A stretch of 64,000 nucleotides of DNA. Origin: Treponema sp. (GTDB lineage Bacteria; Spirochaetota; Spirochaetia; Treponematales; Treponemataceae). The notes under the pieces were generated by a model, which was not told where the DNA came from, made no database searches, and worked only from the letters and a program-made list of their open reading frames with translations. Shown here one piece after another: positions 1 to 8,126 of this stretch. Every line of letters begins with the position of its first letter. The stretch's first letter is position 1. A program made the position numbers and the translations under genes. The DNA lies in the NCBI GenBank assembly GCA_016281495.1, contig JAEEIU010000043.1:21504-85503 (forward strand), read 5' to 3'.

Positions 1-300
1 AGGATTGCAATCATACGCTCGCTCGCAATGAATCCGGACCTGATTCTGTTTGACGAACCGACATCTGCACTTGACCCGGAAATGGTTGGAGAAGTTCTTG
101 CACTGATGAAGGACGTTGCAAAAGCAGGCATGACGATGGCTGTTGTTACCCACGAGATGGGCTTTGCAAAAGAAGTTGCCACACGCGTGCTTTTTATGGA
201 CGAGGGAGTAATTGCAGAAAGCGGTACCCCGGAACAGATTTTTACGGAGCCAAAAAGCGAAAGGCTCAAGCAGTTTTTAAATGCCATTATTCCGCAATAA
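1..300 (+). CDS. ABC transporter ATP-binding protein (polar amino-acid type), C-terminal fragment; 5-prime end outside window
   Basis: Frame open from base 1. [18 protein letters not shown] and VVTHEMGFA match the Walker B, D-loop and H-loop region of GlnQ/ArtP-like ATPases. Stop TAA at 298-300. Confidence 0.85.
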   Translation, partial: RIAIIRSLAMNPDLILFDEPTSALDPEMVGEVLALMKDVAKAGMTMAVVTHEMGFAKEVATRVLFMDEGVIAESGTPEQIFTEPKSERLKQFLNAIIPQ

Positions 301-1687
301 ACGGCCGGAGGGACTTTTATTTTCCAACAGGGATTTGTGGACCCTCATCTGGCCACTCTTAATCGAGCAGACACTTCAGATTACACTTGGAATCGCAGAC
401 ATCATCATGGTCTCAAGCCTGGGAGAAAGCGCTGTCGGTGGAGTTTCCCTTGTTGACCAAATCAACATCTTACTTGTAAACATCTTTGCATCTCTTGCAA
501 CAGGTGGAGCGGTTGTATGCTCACAATACATTGGCCGCACAAACATGAAGATGGCAGAAAAAACAGCAAGGCAGCTTTTGTACGCGGTTACGGCACTTGC
601 ATTTATCGTAATGGCCATCTGTCTTCCAATACGCAAACCACTCTTACGGCTAATCTTCGGTTCAATTGAACAGGATGTAATGGCCGCAAGCCAAAAATAT
701 TTTTTCATCACTCTTCTAGCACTTCCAGGCATAGCCCTCTACAATGCGGCAGCCTCTCTTTTCCGTGCACAGGGTAATTCCCGAATCAGCATGATTGTAG
801 CGGCCCTTGTAAACGTACTGAACATCGGCGGAAACGCATGGCTCATCTATGGCATGCATTGCGGTGTTGAAGGGGTTGCAATTCCCACTCTTATATCACG
901 CCTGATTGCGGCAATAATCCTTCTTGTCCTTTTGTACAGGCAGAAGCAGGGCGAAAAGGCAGTTTCCATACGTGGCATCTTTCATTTTGAATGGGACTGG
1001 CATCTTGTTGGAAGAATACTTAAGATAGGAGTTCCCAACGGACTTGAAAATTCCATGTTCCAGTTCGGAAAGATTCTGGTTCTGTCTCTTGTCTCTACCT
1101 TCGGAACAAACGCAATAGCGGCAAATGCGGCGGCAAACACGATAGCTGGCTTTGAGGTGATACCTGGAGCCGCGGTCGGAATGGCCATGCTCACCGTCGT
1201 AGGCCAGTGCATGGGTGCGGGAAGGTCTGATCAGGCAAGCTACTACACAAAGAAAATGCTCCTCATCGCAATCGCATCCATGTGGGTTCTGAACATTCCC
1301 CTATTGCTCTCGGCAAGATGGCTTTTAGGCTTCTACCACATGAGCCCCCAGACAACGGACATGGCATGGTGGATGATGTTCTTCCACGGCTTCTTCGGCA
1401 TGCTGATATGGTCATTCTCCTTCTCCCTCCCCAATTCACTCAGGGCTGCGGGGGACGCAACCTTTACCATGATAGTTTCCATCGTAAGCATGTGGGTCTT
1501 CCGCGTGGGCATGAGCTACATCTTTGCAAGGACTCAAATCCTGGGTCTTGTCAGATTCATGAACTGGGACGAATGCTACGGTGCGGTGGGAACATGGCTT
1601 TCCATGAACATAGACTGGGCGGTAAGGTCGGCGTTCTTCATCGGCAGGTTTGCGGGCGGAAAATGGAAGAAGGCCAAGGTGATATGA
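281..1687 (+). CDS. MATE family efflux transporter
   Basis: 468-aa polytopic membrane ORF with about 12 hydrophobic segments. N-terminal [15 protein letters not shown] and the 6+6 layout are typical of NorM/DinF-type exporters. The start overlaps the upstream stop, so the exact start is uncertain. Confidence 0.8.
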   Translation: MPLFRNKRPEGLLFSNRDLWTLIWPLLIEQTLQITLGIADIIMVSSLGESAVGGVSLVDQINILLVNIFASLATGGAVVCSQYIGRTNMKMAEKTARQLLYAVTALAFIVMAICLPIRKPLLRLIFGSIEQDVMAASQKYFFITLLALPGIALYNAAASLFRAQGNSRISMIVAALVNVLNIGGNAWLIYGMHCGVEGVAIPTLISRLIAAIILLVLLYRQKQGEKAVSIRGIFHFEWDWHLVGRILKIGVPNGLENSMFQFGKILVLSLVSTFGTNAIAANAAANTIAGFEVIPGAAVGMAMLTVVGQCMGAGRSDQASYYTKKMLLIAIASMWVLNIPLLLSARWLLGFYHMSPQTTDMAWWMMFFHGFFGMLIWSFSFSLPNSLRAAGDATFTMIVSIVSMWVFRVGMSYIFARTQILGLVRFMNWDECYGAVGTWLSMNIDWAVRSAFFIGRFAGGKWKKAKVI

Positions 1688-1718
1688 TGGGGAAAGAATT
1701 GTCATGCGGAGTGGGGGT

Positions 1719-1855
1719 AATTCATAATTCATAATTCATAATTCATAATTCGTAATTCTTAATTCATAATTCATAATTCGTAATTCTTAATTCTTAATTC
1801 TTAATTCTTAATTCTTAATTCTTAATTCTTAATTCTTAATTCTTAATTCATAATT
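1719..1855 (+). repeat. Tandem heptamer array (AATTCNT)n, about 19.5 units
   Basis: Direct reading shows aattcat x4, aattcgt, aattctt, aattcat x2, aattcgt, a long run of aattctt, then aattcat. Phase is a perfect 7 bp. Confidence 0.95.
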
Positions 1856-1859
1856 AAAA

Positions 1860-2215
1860 GTTGTCACGCGGATTCGATTTTGCTACGCAAAATCTTTAAA
1901 TTTGGGTTGTCATGCTGAACTTGATTCAGCATCTATCTGATTGGTGAATGAGAAAATTTCTGTTACGCGGTTCCGCATGTTGCTGTAGCAACAACGTCAA
2001 ATCAAATTCCTTACAGAAAGGGCTCGGAGAGACCTATTCGATTTTGCTACGCAAAATCTTTAAATTTGGGTTGTCTGGTTTGGGTTTGTTAGCCTCTTGC
2101 GGATTGGTCATTCCGGGCTTGATCCGGAATCTCTACGTTGCATATGATGTGGATGTTACTGCGCGGTTCCGCACTTCCGCTAATGCGGAAGTGATTAAAT
2201 AATTTCCTTACAGGT
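1860..2215. repeat. Mosaic of short intergenic hairpin modules (GTCAC-box/TAC-loop and GTCAT/CTTGA-loop families)
   Basis: Modules at 1863-1901, 1909-1934, 1962-2065, 2107-2132 and 2157-2197 recur elsewhere in the window (4076-4114, 5306-5344, 34103-34205, 35942-36123, 42106-42310). Confidence 0.85.
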
Positions 2216-2225
2216 TTCGACAACG

Positions 2226-3887
2226 TTAGTTGGCGCTGCGGACCAGGCGGAAGCCTATGTTGCTGTACCAGCCGTACGGGTAGCCGTAGTAACGGCAGGC
2301 AACACGACAGCTGCCCGAGATGTCTTCCCAACCGCCACCACGAACGACGCGGAAATCGCCCGACGAGGCACCAACAGGATTTGTCTGGGCCGCACTGCTG
2401 TATGAGTCGCACCAGTCCCAGCACCATTCCCATACATTTCCGCTCATGTCATACAAACCTAATTCATTCGGAGCCTTTTTGGCCACATCATGAGTCTGGT
2501 CTCCGCTGTTGTCACAATACCAGGCTATTGTGCTCAGGTTGTCGCTTCCACTGTACTTGTAGCCCTTACGTTTCTTGCCACCCCAGGCCGCGAATTCCCA
2601 CTCCGCTTCCGTAGGCAGTCTGTAGCCGTTTGACTTTATGTTCATCGTAATCGTTCCGCTTATGGAATTTCCTTGACATGGCTTGTAGTTCCATGTGTCT
2701 GGATCCGTCTTTCCGTTTACACTGTAAACAGGTGTCCTTCCGTCCATCATGCTAAGTTTGTTGCAGAAGACTATGGTGTCATACCAAGTCACCTTTTCTA
2801 CCGGGCGATTGTCCCCCATAAAATAACTGGGGTTGTTCCCCATTACAGCCTTCCACTGGGCCTGTGTTACCTCTGTTTTGGCCACATAGTACGATGACAG
2901 GGTTACGTTGTGCACGGGCTTTGCAAAACTAAAGTCATTTGTTCCCATTCCGAAAGTTCCGCCCTCTACGTAGACAAAGGAGTTTGCCATTTTTTTTAGT
3001 ACCTGTGCGTATTTCTCAAGCCTCTCCTTCTCTTCCTTTTCTTTGGCTATACGTTCCTTTTCCTTTGTGACAGCTTCATCAACCGTACTTACGGCATTAT
3101 TTTTCTGCTCCATTGACGGTGAAACTATGGTTTTAGACTCGTTCTCACTGTCCGTCCACTTTACATCTGTTACCCTTATTGTCACAGTCTGAGCGTCAAT
3201 CTTCTTCATGTCATCGCGGCTTACGTCATTTATGGTCCATTTATAAGAGTAATCGTCGTAATAGTAGTTGCCTGTTTTCTTTGTTGACGCAAGGTTAAAG
3301 AGTACTGCTCCAGTTGAATCCACAGCTTCTGCGGTCACATAATATGTCCTTTTCTCCGGGTCATCTCCCAACGGAAGGCTGTTGCTCTTTCCCTTGCTCC
3401 AGTCATTCCTGTAGGCGTTTTTCCATCCGGAAAGTACTATATCCTTAAGTTCAAGATATTTATTCGTATAATCGTCCGTAGCACTTGCACTGTAACTGGC
3501 AGTCCTTGTTTCCATGTTCAACTCGCCCTTTACAAAACTGCCACTTTTAAAGTACACAGGACAATTTTCCTTCCAGTAGTTGTCATACTCCTCTGCAATG
3601 CTTATCCAGCCGTCATATATGTCAAACTCATCCATGTCCTCGCCATATCCAGGTTTTCCAGCCTTTAATACATATGCAAGTTTCCTGTATGCGACAAGAG
3701 CTTCCTCAGCTTTTTCAGTAGGCTCAGCTTCCATGGCATCGTAATATGAGGCAAGGGCATTAAAATACTTTCCTTGTGCTTCATATTCCTTCGCTTTAGC
3801 AAGATTCTCCTTGTAGGCCGCATTCTGGGCAAAAGCACCAAAAGCAAGCAGTACAAACATTACGGCACCCATTAAAATCCGCTTCAT
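2226..3887 (-). CDS. Secreted TPR/coiled-coil protein with C-terminal FGE-sulfatase (SUMF1-like) domain
   Basis: Signal peptide MKRILMGAVMFVLLAFGAFA and a Lys/Glu coiled coil (KEKERIAKEKEEKERLEK). C-terminal motifs YYVAKTEVTQAQW, YRLPTEAEWEFAA, GNVWEWCWDW and RVVRGGGW. GGAGG lies 8 nt upstream of the ATG at 3887. Confidence 0.8.
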   Translation of the reverse strand: MKRILMGAVMFVLLAFGAFAQNAAYKENLAKAKEYEAQGKYFNALASYYDAMEAEPTEKAEEALVAYRKLAYVLKAGKPGYGEDMDEFDIYDGWISIAEEYDNYWKENCPVYFKSGSFVKGELNMETRTASYSASATDDYTNKYLELKDIVLSGWKNAYRNDWSKGKSNSLPLGDDPEKRTYYVTAEAVDSTGAVLFNLASTKKTGNYYYDDYSYKWTINDVSRDDMKKIDAQTVTIRVTDVKWTDSENESKTIVSPSMEQKNNAVSTVDEAVTKEKERIAKEKEEKERLEKYAQVLKKMANSFVYVEGGTFGMGTNDFSFAKPVHNVTLSSYYVAKTEVTQAQWKAVMGNNPSYFMGDNRPVEKVTWYDTIVFCNKLSMMDGRTPVYSVNGKTDPDTWNYKPCQGNSISGTITMNIKSNGYRLPTEAEWEFAAWGGKKRKGYKYSGSDNLSTIAWYCDNSGDQTHDVAKKAPNELGLYDMSGNVWEWCWDWCDSYSSAAQTNPVGASSGDFRVVRGGGWEDISGSCRVACRYYGYPYGWYSNIGFRLVRSAN

Positions 3888-3963
3888 AAAACAATCCTCC
3901 ACACAGAGATTCTTTCTTATAAAACAATTATAAGCGATTTCGTGTTACAGGTAAAGGGAAGTA

Positions 3964-4024
3964 ATGTAATTATGAATTAAGAATGCATAATGCATAATTA
4001 GGAATTCGGAATGCGGAATTAAGA
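3964..4024 (-). repeat. Degenerate heptamer array, reverse orientation
   Basis: The minus strand reads cttaatt ccgcatt ccgaatt cctaatt atgcatt atgcatt cttaatt cataatt, the same 7-bp phase family as 1719-1855. Confidence 0.8.
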
Positions 4025-4117
4025 AAAGCCTTCTCCGATAAACAACAAGATGAAAACACCAAACACCCACTCCTCATTTAAAGATTTTGCGTAGCAAAAT
4101 CGAATCCGCGTGACAAC
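4018..4117. repeat. Left copy of about 100-bp direct repeat flanking the Rpn-like gene
   Basis: ttaagaaaagccttctccgataaacaacaagatgaaaacaccaaacacccactcctcatttaaagattttgcgtagcaaaatcgaatccgcgtgacaac is near-identical to 5246-5346. Confidence 0.9.
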
Positions 4118-4355
4118 CTTTTCTTTCAATTACAAACAAACAAGATAAGAACACCAACCAGCCCACCAGTTTTAGGAAATGCCGTAGGCAGTCCAAATCC
4201 GCGTGACAAAAAAATACAAAAAAATCAAAAATTTCTCCCAAAAATTGTTAAAAACATGGGGGTCAGCACTATATATATATTAGGGGAAAGTTGAAAAGTC
4301 TCTAGTTTTGATTCAGTTGACAACTATCCCAAACCATTATCAAAAGGAGTTATTT

Positions 4356-5195
4356 ATGGAAAAGTATGAGGATCTCCAGAAAAAGATTGACAGGCTGACC
4401 TTTACCGACGACGGAATGTTTCAGGCGGTAATGCGGAATCCAGAAATCTCGGCGGAACTGGTTGAGTGCCTTTTGCACATCAAGGTTGACCACGTGGAAT
4501 ACCCGGAACTGGAAAAGACAATCGCGCCATTCTATACAACCAAGGGAGTAAGGCTGGACGTTTACCTCCGGGATACCGACAAAATCATAGACGTTGAGTT
4601 GCAATCTTACCCACTTGAAGAACCTGGGAAGCGCACCCGCTACTACAACAGCATGGTAGACATCGACAGCCTGATGAAGGGACAGGATTATTCGGAACTC
4701 AAGGACTGCTACATCCTGTTCATCTGCAAGCACGACCCGTTCAGGGATGAAAACGGCCACGGATATCGATTACCATGCTACACCTTCAGAAATAAGTGTG
4801 AAGAGGATTTAAGGGTAAATCTTAATGACAAAACCCTTAAAGTGTTTTATAATGCAAGTGTATACGAAAAGGTAAAGGATGAAAGAATCCGTGGCTTTCT
4901 CCATTTCGTACACACTAATGATTGTGGAAAGGACGATTTTTCCAACAGGCTTTCAGCAATGGTAGATGAATTAAAAGAGAATGAGAAATTCAGGAGTGAT
5001 TATCTGGCTATGAATTTACATGACAGGGACATAACCAAAAGGGCAAGACAGGAAGGTTCCACCCAAAAAGCCGTGGACGCTGCCAGAAACCTCCTTAACA
5101 TGAATCTCGGTACCCACGAACAAATTGCCCAGGCAGTTGGTTTACCTCTTGAAAAAGTAAAGGAAATGGCGGAGCTATCAAGTATGCATAATTAA
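4356..5195 (+). CDS. PD-(D/E)XK nuclease family (PDDEXK_2 / Rpn-type) putative recombination-promoting nuclease/transposase
   Basis: FTDDGMFQAVM, VRLDVYLRD, IIDVELQ, RTRYYNSM and CYILFICKHDPF match the PDDEXK_2 core. SD aaaggag lies 7 nt before the ATG at 4356; the ORF-track start at 4308 lacks an SD. Confidence 0.75.
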   Translation: MEKYEDLQKKIDRLTFTDDGMFQAVMRNPEISAELVECLLHIKVDHVEYPELEKTIAPFYTTKGVRLDVYLRDTDKIIDVELQSYPLEEPGKRTRYYNSMVDIDSLMKGQDYSELKDCYILFICKHDPFRDENGHGYRLPCYTFRNKCEEDLRVNLNDKTLKVFYNASVYEKVKDERIRGFLHFVHTNDCGKDDFSNRLSAMVDELKENEKFRSDYLAMNLHDRDITKRARQEGSTQKAVDAARNLLNMNLGTHEQIAQAVGLPLEKVKEMAELSSMHN

Positions 5196-5233
5196 GAATT
5201 ACGAATTCGGAGGCGGAATTACGAATTCTTAAT
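5187..5233. repeat. Short heptamer array (mixed orientation) overlapping the stop codon of the Rpn-like gene
   Basis: gcataattaagaattacgaattcggaggcggaattacgaattcttaatc. The units are reverse complements of AATTCTT/AATTCGT. Confidence 0.75.
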
Positions 5234-5245
5234 CTCAATAATATA

Positions 5246-5346
5246 TTAAGAAAGCCTTTCTCCGATTATAAACAACAAGATAAAAACACCAAACACCCAC
5301 TCCTCATTTAAAGATTTTGCGTAGCAAAATCGAATCCGCGTGACAA
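5246..5346. repeat. Right copy of about 100-bp direct repeat flanking the Rpn-like gene
   Basis: Near-identical to 4018-4117, differing by a few substitutions and short indels, and includes the TAC-loop hairpin and GTCACGCGGATTC box on the minus strand. Confidence 0.9.
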
Positions 5347-5362
5347 ACTTTTTTCAAAATTC

Positions 5363-5404
5363 AAAAAAAAATCGGGTTTCACACCGTTTGATGCAAAACC
5401 CGAT
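5363..5404 (-). terminator. Intrinsic terminator of the transaldolase-family gene
   Basis: 9-bp stem atcgggttt/aaacccgat (5371-5379 and 5396-5404) followed on the minus strand by a T8 run (5363-5370). Confidence 0.7.
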
Positions 5405-5430
5405 TACAAAAGATTATTGTAAAGATTTCG

Positions 5431-6150
5431 TTACTTCAGGATGCTGAAGCCCAAATCCTTGATGTCCTTTGCAAATGTAAGTACTGTATCCTTTGAACCT
5501 TCCATCGGACTCTTTCCCATTCCTGGAATCTTTGCAAGAACTGCATTTGGAACTGTGATGATGTCGCACTTGCAGCGGTCTGCTTCCACGATGTTGTAGA
5601 GCTCACGGGTTGATGCCCAGAGGCTGAGTGTTCCCGGCTTTGAGCGGCAGATTTTTGCTGTCTTCTGCATTACTGGGATTGGATCAATGCCTGAGTCTGC
5701 AAGGCGGCCTGCGAATACGGAAACGATGTTCTTTGTTCCGGCCTTGAATGCGTTTACGGCGGCGCGTACCTGACCGATTGTAAAGATGGCTGTTACGTTC
5801 AGCTGGATTCCCTGTTCAGAAAGCTTTTTGATGAGCGGAGCTGTTGAAGTTCCGTCTGTAAGCATGATCGGGATTTTTACAAAGACATTCTTTCCCAATG
5901 CGCTTATAATCTTGGCTTCCTTTTCCATCGTCTCAAAATCATCACCGAACACTTCAAAACTGAGCGGGAGATCCGGGATGGCGGCGACAACGTCCTTTGC
6001 AAAGCTGACGTAATCTGTAACTCCTGCTTTTTTCATAAGGCTTGGGTTTGTTGTAAAACCTGTTACATAGCCCTTCTTGTATTCCGCAATCATTGCGTCC
6101 TTGTCTGCACCGTCTGCATAAACGGCAACCCTTAACTGTTTGAATGTCAT
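5431..6150 (-). CDS. Transaldolase / fructose-6-phosphate aldolase family protein
   Basis: GFTTNPSL, VKIP, NVTAIF and SVFAGR motifs of the short transaldolase family. SD gaggtg precedes the ATG at 6150; the ORF-track start at 6183 is less likely. Confidence 0.8.
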   Translation of the reverse strand: MTFKQLRVAVYADGADKDAMIAEYKKGYVTGFTTNPSLMKKAGVTDYVSFAKDVVAAIPDLPLSFEVFGDDFETMEKEAKIISALGKNVFVKIPIMLTDGTSTAPLIKKLSEQGIQLNVTAIFTIGQVRAAVNAFKAGTKNIVSVFAGRLADSGIDPIPVMQKTAKICRSKPGTLSLWASTRELYNIVEADRCKCDIITVPNAVLAKIPGMGKSPMEGSKDTVLTFAKDIKDLGFSILK

Positions 6151-6307
6151 TATACACCTCGAATATTTAATGAATTTGTTCATATATATTACACTCTTTT
6201 TGCCATGTTGTCTATGTGTTGTGGGGAAAACTGAAAGTAGAAAAACAACCGAAAGACTTGTCGGAAATTGAATTCTGGGCTATGCTTGTAAAAAGGAAAT
6301 TAAAAGA

Positions 6308-7924
6308 ATGATTTACGACCTGAGCATTTCTGTGGTGCCGGAGGATGAAAAGAACGCATCCCTTATAAACAGGCGGCTTTTTGATGAACTTAGGAAACAT
6401 GCCTCTCCCCTTCCTCCAAAAGAAGAGACTTCATTTGTCTTTGTAAAGCGCTCTGTGGATGCAAGGCACGGCAGGGTAAAGATTATCCTGAGGTACCAGG
6501 CCTATGTGGGGGAAAAGGCTGGGGCGGAGCTTGGAAAGATTCCCCAATGGAAGAATGCTGACGGAAATAAAACAGTCATCATAGTCGGATCGGGACCTGC
6601 AGGACTTTTTGCGGCATTAAAGCTTTTGGAGCATGGAATCAAACCGGTCATTGTGGAAAGGGGTTCTTCAACTTCAAAGAGGAAAAGGGACATTGCCCTC
6701 ATAAGCAGGGAGGGAATGGTAAACGCAGACTCAAACTACTGCTTTGGCGAAGGTGGGGCCGGCACTTTCAGCGACGGAAAGCTCTATACCCGAAGCAATA
6801 AAAGGGGCGACATCGGTTCAGTACTGCAGCTTTTCGTTCACTTTGGGGCTGACAAAAAAATACTCACGGACGCACACCCGCACATCGGAACGGACAGGCT
6901 CCCTTCAATCATAAACGCCATGTGTGACTTGATAAGGGAAAAAGGCGGACAGGTTTTATTCGACACAAAATGCACTTCACTTATCACGCAGGAAAAAGAC
7001 GGAAGAAAAACGGCAACAGGGATTGAATGGCAAAACTCTGCAAGCGGACAGTCAGGTGAACTTTTCGGCGACGGCGTGATTCTTGCAACGGGACATTCAG
7101 CCTATGACATATACAAGATGATGGCAGAGGAGGCGCCGGAATCCCTTGAGGCAAAGACATTCGCGGTGGGAGTGAGGGTTGAGCATCCCCGAGGGACAAT
7201 CGATGAAATCCAGTACCACGACAAGAATGCGGCGGAAAAACTTGGGGCAGCGGAATACAGGGTCACTACCCAGCAGGATGGCCGGGGAGTCTACAGCTTC
7301 TGCATGTGTCCCGGAGGATTTGTGGTTCCATCTGCATCTGCCCCGGACGAAATAGTGGTAAACGGAATGTCAGCCGCCAAACGCAACAGCGCATGGAGCA
7401 ACGCCGCCATGGTTGTTGAAACAAGGCCAGAAGACATCCCGGATGAATATGTAAAAGAAGCGGAGGAAAAATACAGGTGTCCGGCAATGGCAGGCCTTTT
7501 ATGGAGGAAGCACCTTGAAAACCTTACCGCAATAAACGGAGAGGGACAAAAGGCTCCGGCTCAAAGGCTGGTCGATTTCCTTGACGATAAGGAAAGCAAA
7601 GACCTTCCAAAATCAAGCTACACCCCAGGACTCCATTCCTCCAACTTGAATGAATGGCTTCCCACTCAGATATCCAGTCGGCTTAAAGGGGCCTTTAGGG
7701 AAATAAACGGCAAGATGAAGGGCTACATCTGCGGCGAGGCCCTCTTGATAGCCACAGAAACCCGCACCAGCACCCCAGTCCGCATCCTACGAGACAAGGA
7801 AACCCTTGAATGCACCGCCATCTCAAACCTCTACCCTGCAGGAGAAGGCTCCGGCTACTCAGGCGGAATAGTAAGCTCTGCCATGGATGGTATAAGGGTA
7901 GCCGAAAAGATTTGTAATATCTGA
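6308..7924 (+). CDS. FAD-dependent oxidoreductase (COG2509-like)
   Basis: Rossmann dinucleotide motif VIIVGSGPAGLFAALKL, C-terminal LYPAGEGSGYSGGIVSSAMDG. 538 aa. Confidence 0.75.
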   Translation: MIYDLSISVVPEDEKNASLINRRLFDELRKHASPLPPKEETSFVFVKRSVDARHGRVKIILRYQAYVGEKAGAELGKIPQWKNADGNKTVIIVGSGPAGLFAALKLLEHGIKPVIVERGSSTSKRKRDIALISREGMVNADSNYCFGEGGAGTFSDGKLYTRSNKRGDIGSVLQLFVHFGADKKILTDAHPHIGTDRLPSIINAMCDLIREKGGQVLFDTKCTSLITQEKDGRKTATGIEWQNSASGQSGELFGDGVILATGHSAYDIYKMMAEEAPESLEAKTFAVGVRVEHPRGTIDEIQYHDKNAAEKLGAAEYRVTTQQDGRGVYSFCMCPGGFVVPSASAPDEIVVNGMSAAKRNSAWSNAAMVVETRPEDIPDEYVKEAEEKYRCPAMAGLLWRKHLENLTAINGEGQKAPAQRLVDFLDDKESKDLPKSSYTPGLHSSNLNEWLPTQISSRLKGAFREINGKMKGYICGEALLIATETRTSTPVRILRDKETLECTAISNLYPAGEGSGYSGGIVSSAMDGIRVAEKICNI

Positions 7925-8040
7925 GTTTTGATGTTTTTTCCGACAGGAAAAATGCGAGCCTTCGCGAGCAAATCAAAACTCAAAGAGCAAGCGAAAGCTT
8001 GCGACTGGATGGAATAAAGGTAGCCGAAAAGATTTGTAAT
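7919..8040. repeat. 122-bp insertion/duplication at the 3-prime end of the oxidoreductase gene (84-bp hairpin-rich insert plus 38-bp copy of the gene end)
   Basis: 7881-7918 (ccatggatggtataagggtagccgaaaagatttgtaat) is repeated at 8003-8040 (gactggatggaataaaggtagccgaaaagatttgtaat). The insert carries the inverted repeat gagttttgat/atcaaaactc and the GNRA hairpin gcaagcgaaagcttgc. Confidence 0.8.
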
Positions 8041-8086
8041 TCATAATTCTGCATTCTTAATTCTGCATTCTTAATTCCTTATTCAG
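8038..8086 (+). repeat. Heptamer array, 7 units
   Basis: aattcat aattctg cattctt aattctg cattctt aattcct tattcag. Confidence 0.9.
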
Positions 8087-8091
8087 TTTAC

Positions 8092-8120
8092 TTGAAATTT
8101 ATTCCATTTATGTGTATACT
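8092..8120 (+). promoter_or_regulatory. Sigma70-type promoter of hprK operon (TTGAAA-N17-TATACT), ATG 6 nt after the -10
   Basis: TTGAAA at 8092-8097, 17-nt spacer, TATACT at 8115-8120, ATG at 8127. No SD between them. Confidence 0.5.
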
Positions 8121-8126
8121 AAACAT

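Noticed and set aside
1282-1734. 150-aa plus-strand ORF and 98-aa minus-strand ORF overlapping the end of the MATE gene
   Set aside because: They are alternative frames of a clearly membrane-protein-coding region. The plus-strand ORF only looks open because it runs into the heptamer array (ends VIHNS-stop).
1948-2433. ORFs 1948..2202 (plus) and 2089..2433 (minus) in the repeat mosaic
   Set aside because: They are composed of the hairpin repeat modules or are antisense to the FGE-sulfatase gene. They have no SD and a Cys/Arg/Leu-rich composition.
4050-4094. 14-codon mini-ORF (MKTPNTHSSFKDFA) inside the 100-bp direct repeat
   Set aside because: The second repeat copy has ATA instead of ATG at the start, so the ORF is not conserved between copies.
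1700-5400. Integron-like gene cassettes (repeat-flanked FGE-sulfatase and Rpn genes), considered because a chromosomal integron is known in Treponema denticola
   Set aside because: There is no intI gene. The repeats lack the RYYYAAC/GTTRRRY attC core. The same repeats also flank core genes (SBPs, pepF, xylanase, araD) elsewhere in the window.
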